Under the pieces are notes generated by a model. The model had not been told where the DNA came from. It searched no databases and was given only the letters and a program-made list of their open reading frames with translations. The translations under genes and the position numbers were made by a program. A stretch of DNA of 64,000 nt, taken from positions 18,843,546-18,907,545 of the forward strand of contig CM119270.1 of NCBI GenBank assembly GCA_051294375.1. Direction: 5' to 3'. Numbering within the stretch: the stretch's first letter is position 1; each line of letters begins with the position of its first letter. Of the stretch, positions 60,832 through 64,000 are shown one piece after another. The stretch is from Paraspadella gotoi. Lineage: Eukaryota > Animalia > Chaetognatha.

Positions 60832-62911
60832 TCAGAATCAGAGATATGAGCAACGGAACCGAGGACTGGTCACGAATGACGGCGGAAGTAAGTCAATGAG
60901 GGGACGCGGAGCGCGGGGTGAGGAATAAAGACGGGCGTGCCCTAAAGAGGATGAGTGAGACTTGAAAAGGGTAAGTGTGGGGATAAAGAGGCCGTGGCTG
61001 AGAGGATAATGAGTGATGGGTAAGGTCGAACGTCTGGATGAGATGAGGTCTGGGGATTTGAGTTTTGTTTGAAAAGCTACGGAGTAGTTGTGGCTGGAGA
61101 TTAAGAGGTGAAAGGTTTGAGAAGATTTGGAGGAAAAGGTGAGTAAAGATAAGCTCTGGTTTTAGAACTTTTTCCGAGGTAAGCGAATGAACAACGAGAT
61201 TCGAAGATTATGAGGGTAAGGCCATTGGTCTTGTGAAAGTGAGCCTCGAAGGGTAAGGTGAAGGAACGAGAACCTTAGAAATGGGTGAGGCGATTGAAGA
61301 GGAAAGAGGAAGAAAAGAAAAGAGAAAGTAAATCGAAAGGAGAGAGAAATCGGTTAAAGGAAAATAAAAAAGATGGAAAAAGAAAAAAAAAAGGAAAAAA
61401 AGGTTTAAAAGAGGCGCATTCAGAGTCGAAAGAGACAAAAAAGGAGGAAGAGAAAAGAAGATAAAAAGGAAAAGAGGAAAGAGATATAAGATCGATGGAT
61501 TGGAGGAAGAGGAAAAGGAGGAAAAAGAGAAATGAGATAAGAAAGTGGAGGAAGAAATAGTAATTTGGAACAAGATAGGAAAAGTAAAGAGAAAACTAAA
61601 GAGAAAGAAGAAAAGAAAACAGGAAAGAGTAAACAAAAAATTATATAGCGTAAATTTAATTGATATAATTTAATTGTAAGTTTTAATATTCATCAGCTGA
61701 AGTGGAAACGTGGGATGGGCGTGGGCGGACGACATCACGGTCTGAAAACTTGAAAGGGATTTTGGACTCTCTGGACGCAGGGTCCAGAGATCTGGACGAA
61801 AAAAAGTAAGTCGAGACGGTTCTAACTAATACGTATAAACTTCCCTTTGAAATGATTCAAAATCGAACGATATTCTAAATGTTGAGCTTTTCTTCGGAAA
61901 TGATTTTTGGATAGGAGACAAATCTCCGTCGTGCATGAGTCAACGCTGAAACCCGAAGCCATTTGAGGAGGAAAAATGTCCACATTTGAGTTATTTATCA
62001 CTTTGTCGATAAAAAGGACTCGACTGTATTAGGGTCTCCGATAAACTCGACATTTCAAGTTTTTTTTAATCTTTTTCTTTTTCTATTTTCTTCTCCTTTT
62101 TTTTCTTTCTTTTTCTTTTCTTATTCTTTCTTGTCCCGAGATGCTCATCGATTTTTTCGAAAGGCAGCGCGGCGGCAGCCTTTCGAGCAAAAGGCAGGAA
62201 GGTCGCAGGCTCCGTGCCGCGCGGGCTGAAAAGAGGCGTCCGGTGGCCCCTCGTGGATAGGGATCCGGAGCGCACGAACGGAGGACGCGGCTGCCGGGCC
62301 GAGAGGTTCCGTGGGGTCAAAGAACGAAACATCCGTGACTTGTTTGAAGGGAAAGGAAAGAAAAGGGAGGAAAGAGGAGGAGGAAGGGAAGAGAAGAAGA
62401 AGAAGAAAAAGAAAAAGAAGAAGAAGAGGAGGAGAAGAAGAAGAGATGTTTGGGAAGTAAGGTTGGATCGTTATGAGAGGAGAAAGTGAGTTTATGGGTC
62501 CAGTTTTTAAAAATGGAAAGGAGGGAGGGAGAGAGAAGAGAGAAGAGAGAGAAGAGAGAGAGAGAGAGAAGAAGAGAGAGAGAGAGAGAGAATTTAAGAA
62601 AAGTGTAAAGTTGTCAAAACTTGAAAATAAACAAAATTAATCTGGAAAGAAAACATTGAGAGACAAAAATTTCTGCGGATGCTCGAATTTATGTCTCCCT
62701 TTTTTTATTCTCTTCCTTTTCTCGCATTTCTTTTATTTTTCTTTTTTTTTTTTTTTTTGATAAGCTTTTTGTCACTTTTTTGGAATTATTAACTTTATCT
62801 CCCTCTCTCTCCTTTTCGCCTCTTTTTATTCGTTTCTTTGATGAGAAAAATAAAAAAGGAGGCGGTTGCATTCTCTCTCACTCTCTCTCTCTCTTCTCTT
62901 CTTCTCTCCTC

Positions 62912-62950
<39 letters not shown>

Positions 62951-63024
62951 GGTTGCATTCAATTTTTCTTCTTCACCAAACAAGATTTTCGCTTCCCTTT
63001 AATCCTCCCGGCGTGACGGAGATA

Positions 63025-63055
<31 letters not shown>

Positions 63056-63251
63056 CTCTCTCTAGAAATCAGAAATTTTCCGAAAGATAGAGAGAGAGCC
63101 CACGCAAAAAAAAAAAATTCATGGGCCGCTAATTTGAATCTGAAAGAAGGAAGGCGCGTCTTCGTTGTCTCTGTCTCTGTTTGTTGTTTGGTGTGGGGGG
63201 GTGGCGATAGAGCGAGTTCAGGCCAGCGGAGGAGACAGAGGTAAAGAGAAA

Positions 63252-63318
<67 letters not shown>

Positions 63319-64000
63319 GTCGCGTATTTTGGATGGAGACCGAGGGACGTTTGTTGTTGTTATCGTCGTCGTCGTCGTCGTCGTCGTCGTCCACACTGAA
63401 TCAGAATCATAAAAGAATTTCTAGGGTAGAAAAGTCGGGAACGAAGATGAGACGGAATTACGAGAAAGAGGTGGGTGGTGGTATGGGTGGAAGGGAGAGT
63501 GGTTTTTAGATTAATTCCATGGAGGTGGTCGATTTCGTGAGAGTGAGAGCGTCGTTGGGTAAATAAGGTTAAGAATCGAGTAGACGGGATTTTAGAGTAG
63601 GCAAGGCCCCTAGAGAACAGCCTTTCGGGTTTCGAAAGGGCAGCAAAGGGCTGTGAGAGCCGTGTGGGTCACGAAGAGCAGGTAAGGTCAGCGCTGGCCG
63701 CAGATCTAAACTTTTCTCGTTGACGCTTCGAGTTTATGACTTAATAAAAGCTTCGCCCTTACCCTGAACTTACCTCTTCCTTTAAGCTATTTCCATTTTT
63801 TACCCTTTTTTCTACCCTGTAGTCATTTTATTAAACCTATTCTACCTTCATCTTTCATTTTCCTATCTTCCCTCTCACAGTCACACTTCTCTTAAACCTC
63901 ACCTTCTTTGACCTCATTTTCACTCCCGCCCTTAAAATGACCATTTTCACATTACTTTTCACACTCCTCATTTATTCTCTCCGCTTGACCTTTCTCCCCT
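58191..64000. repeat. Inverted duplication: 58191-59790 is the reverse complement of about 62395-64000
   Basis: For example cataacgatccaaccttacttcccaaac (59712-) versus gtttgggaagtaaggttggatcgttatg (62447-), and gattcagtgtgg versus ccacactgaatc. Confidence 0.92.

Larger units (their letters stand above)
49631..62390. repeat. Direct duplication: 49631-52010 repeated at 60011-62390
   Basis: Collinear near-identity from gagagtaaaaaaactgcctgg to gggaggaaagaggaggagg; differences are mostly single-base indels. Confidence 0.92.

Noticed and set aside
14682-63509. Numerous ORFs rich in ER/RE, LS/SL, poly-D/T/V/S or X
   Set aside because: Translations of (GA)n and (GAC)n microsatellites, purine/pyrimidine tracts or N gaps.

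Overview
Repeat-rich, gappy animal (invertebrate-type) genomic DNA with GT-AG introns, many (GA)n/(GAC)n microsatellites, N gaps and clear uncorrected indel noise. (1) On the minus strand, 1-13404 encodes an L1-family cell adhesion molecule (neuroglian/L1CAM-like). Eleven exons run from the end of Ig5 through Ig6 and FN3-1 to FN3-5. Instead of the expected transmembrane exon, FN3-5 is followed by a phase-compatible giant exon (>6.2 kb, >2000 aa, running off the window) made of 46-48-aa Glu/Lys/Asp-rich repeats. (2) Two diverged LTR-like elements (plus a duplicate of one) end in an unusually long 42-45-nt copy of the 3' half of mature tRNA-Leu including CCA, with no internal retrotransposon genes. 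(3) A plus-strand 6-exon gene at 38.8-41.0 kb encodes a Cys-rich (W-D-x-C-C repeat) type I membrane protein. (4) Weaker items: an MGCVAS-starting gene, orphan exons, MITE-like elements, degenerate LINE-like pieces and a hairpin. (5) Three large local duplications (one inverted) look at least partly like assembly artefacts. All family assignments come from manual motif recognition; no database search was run.
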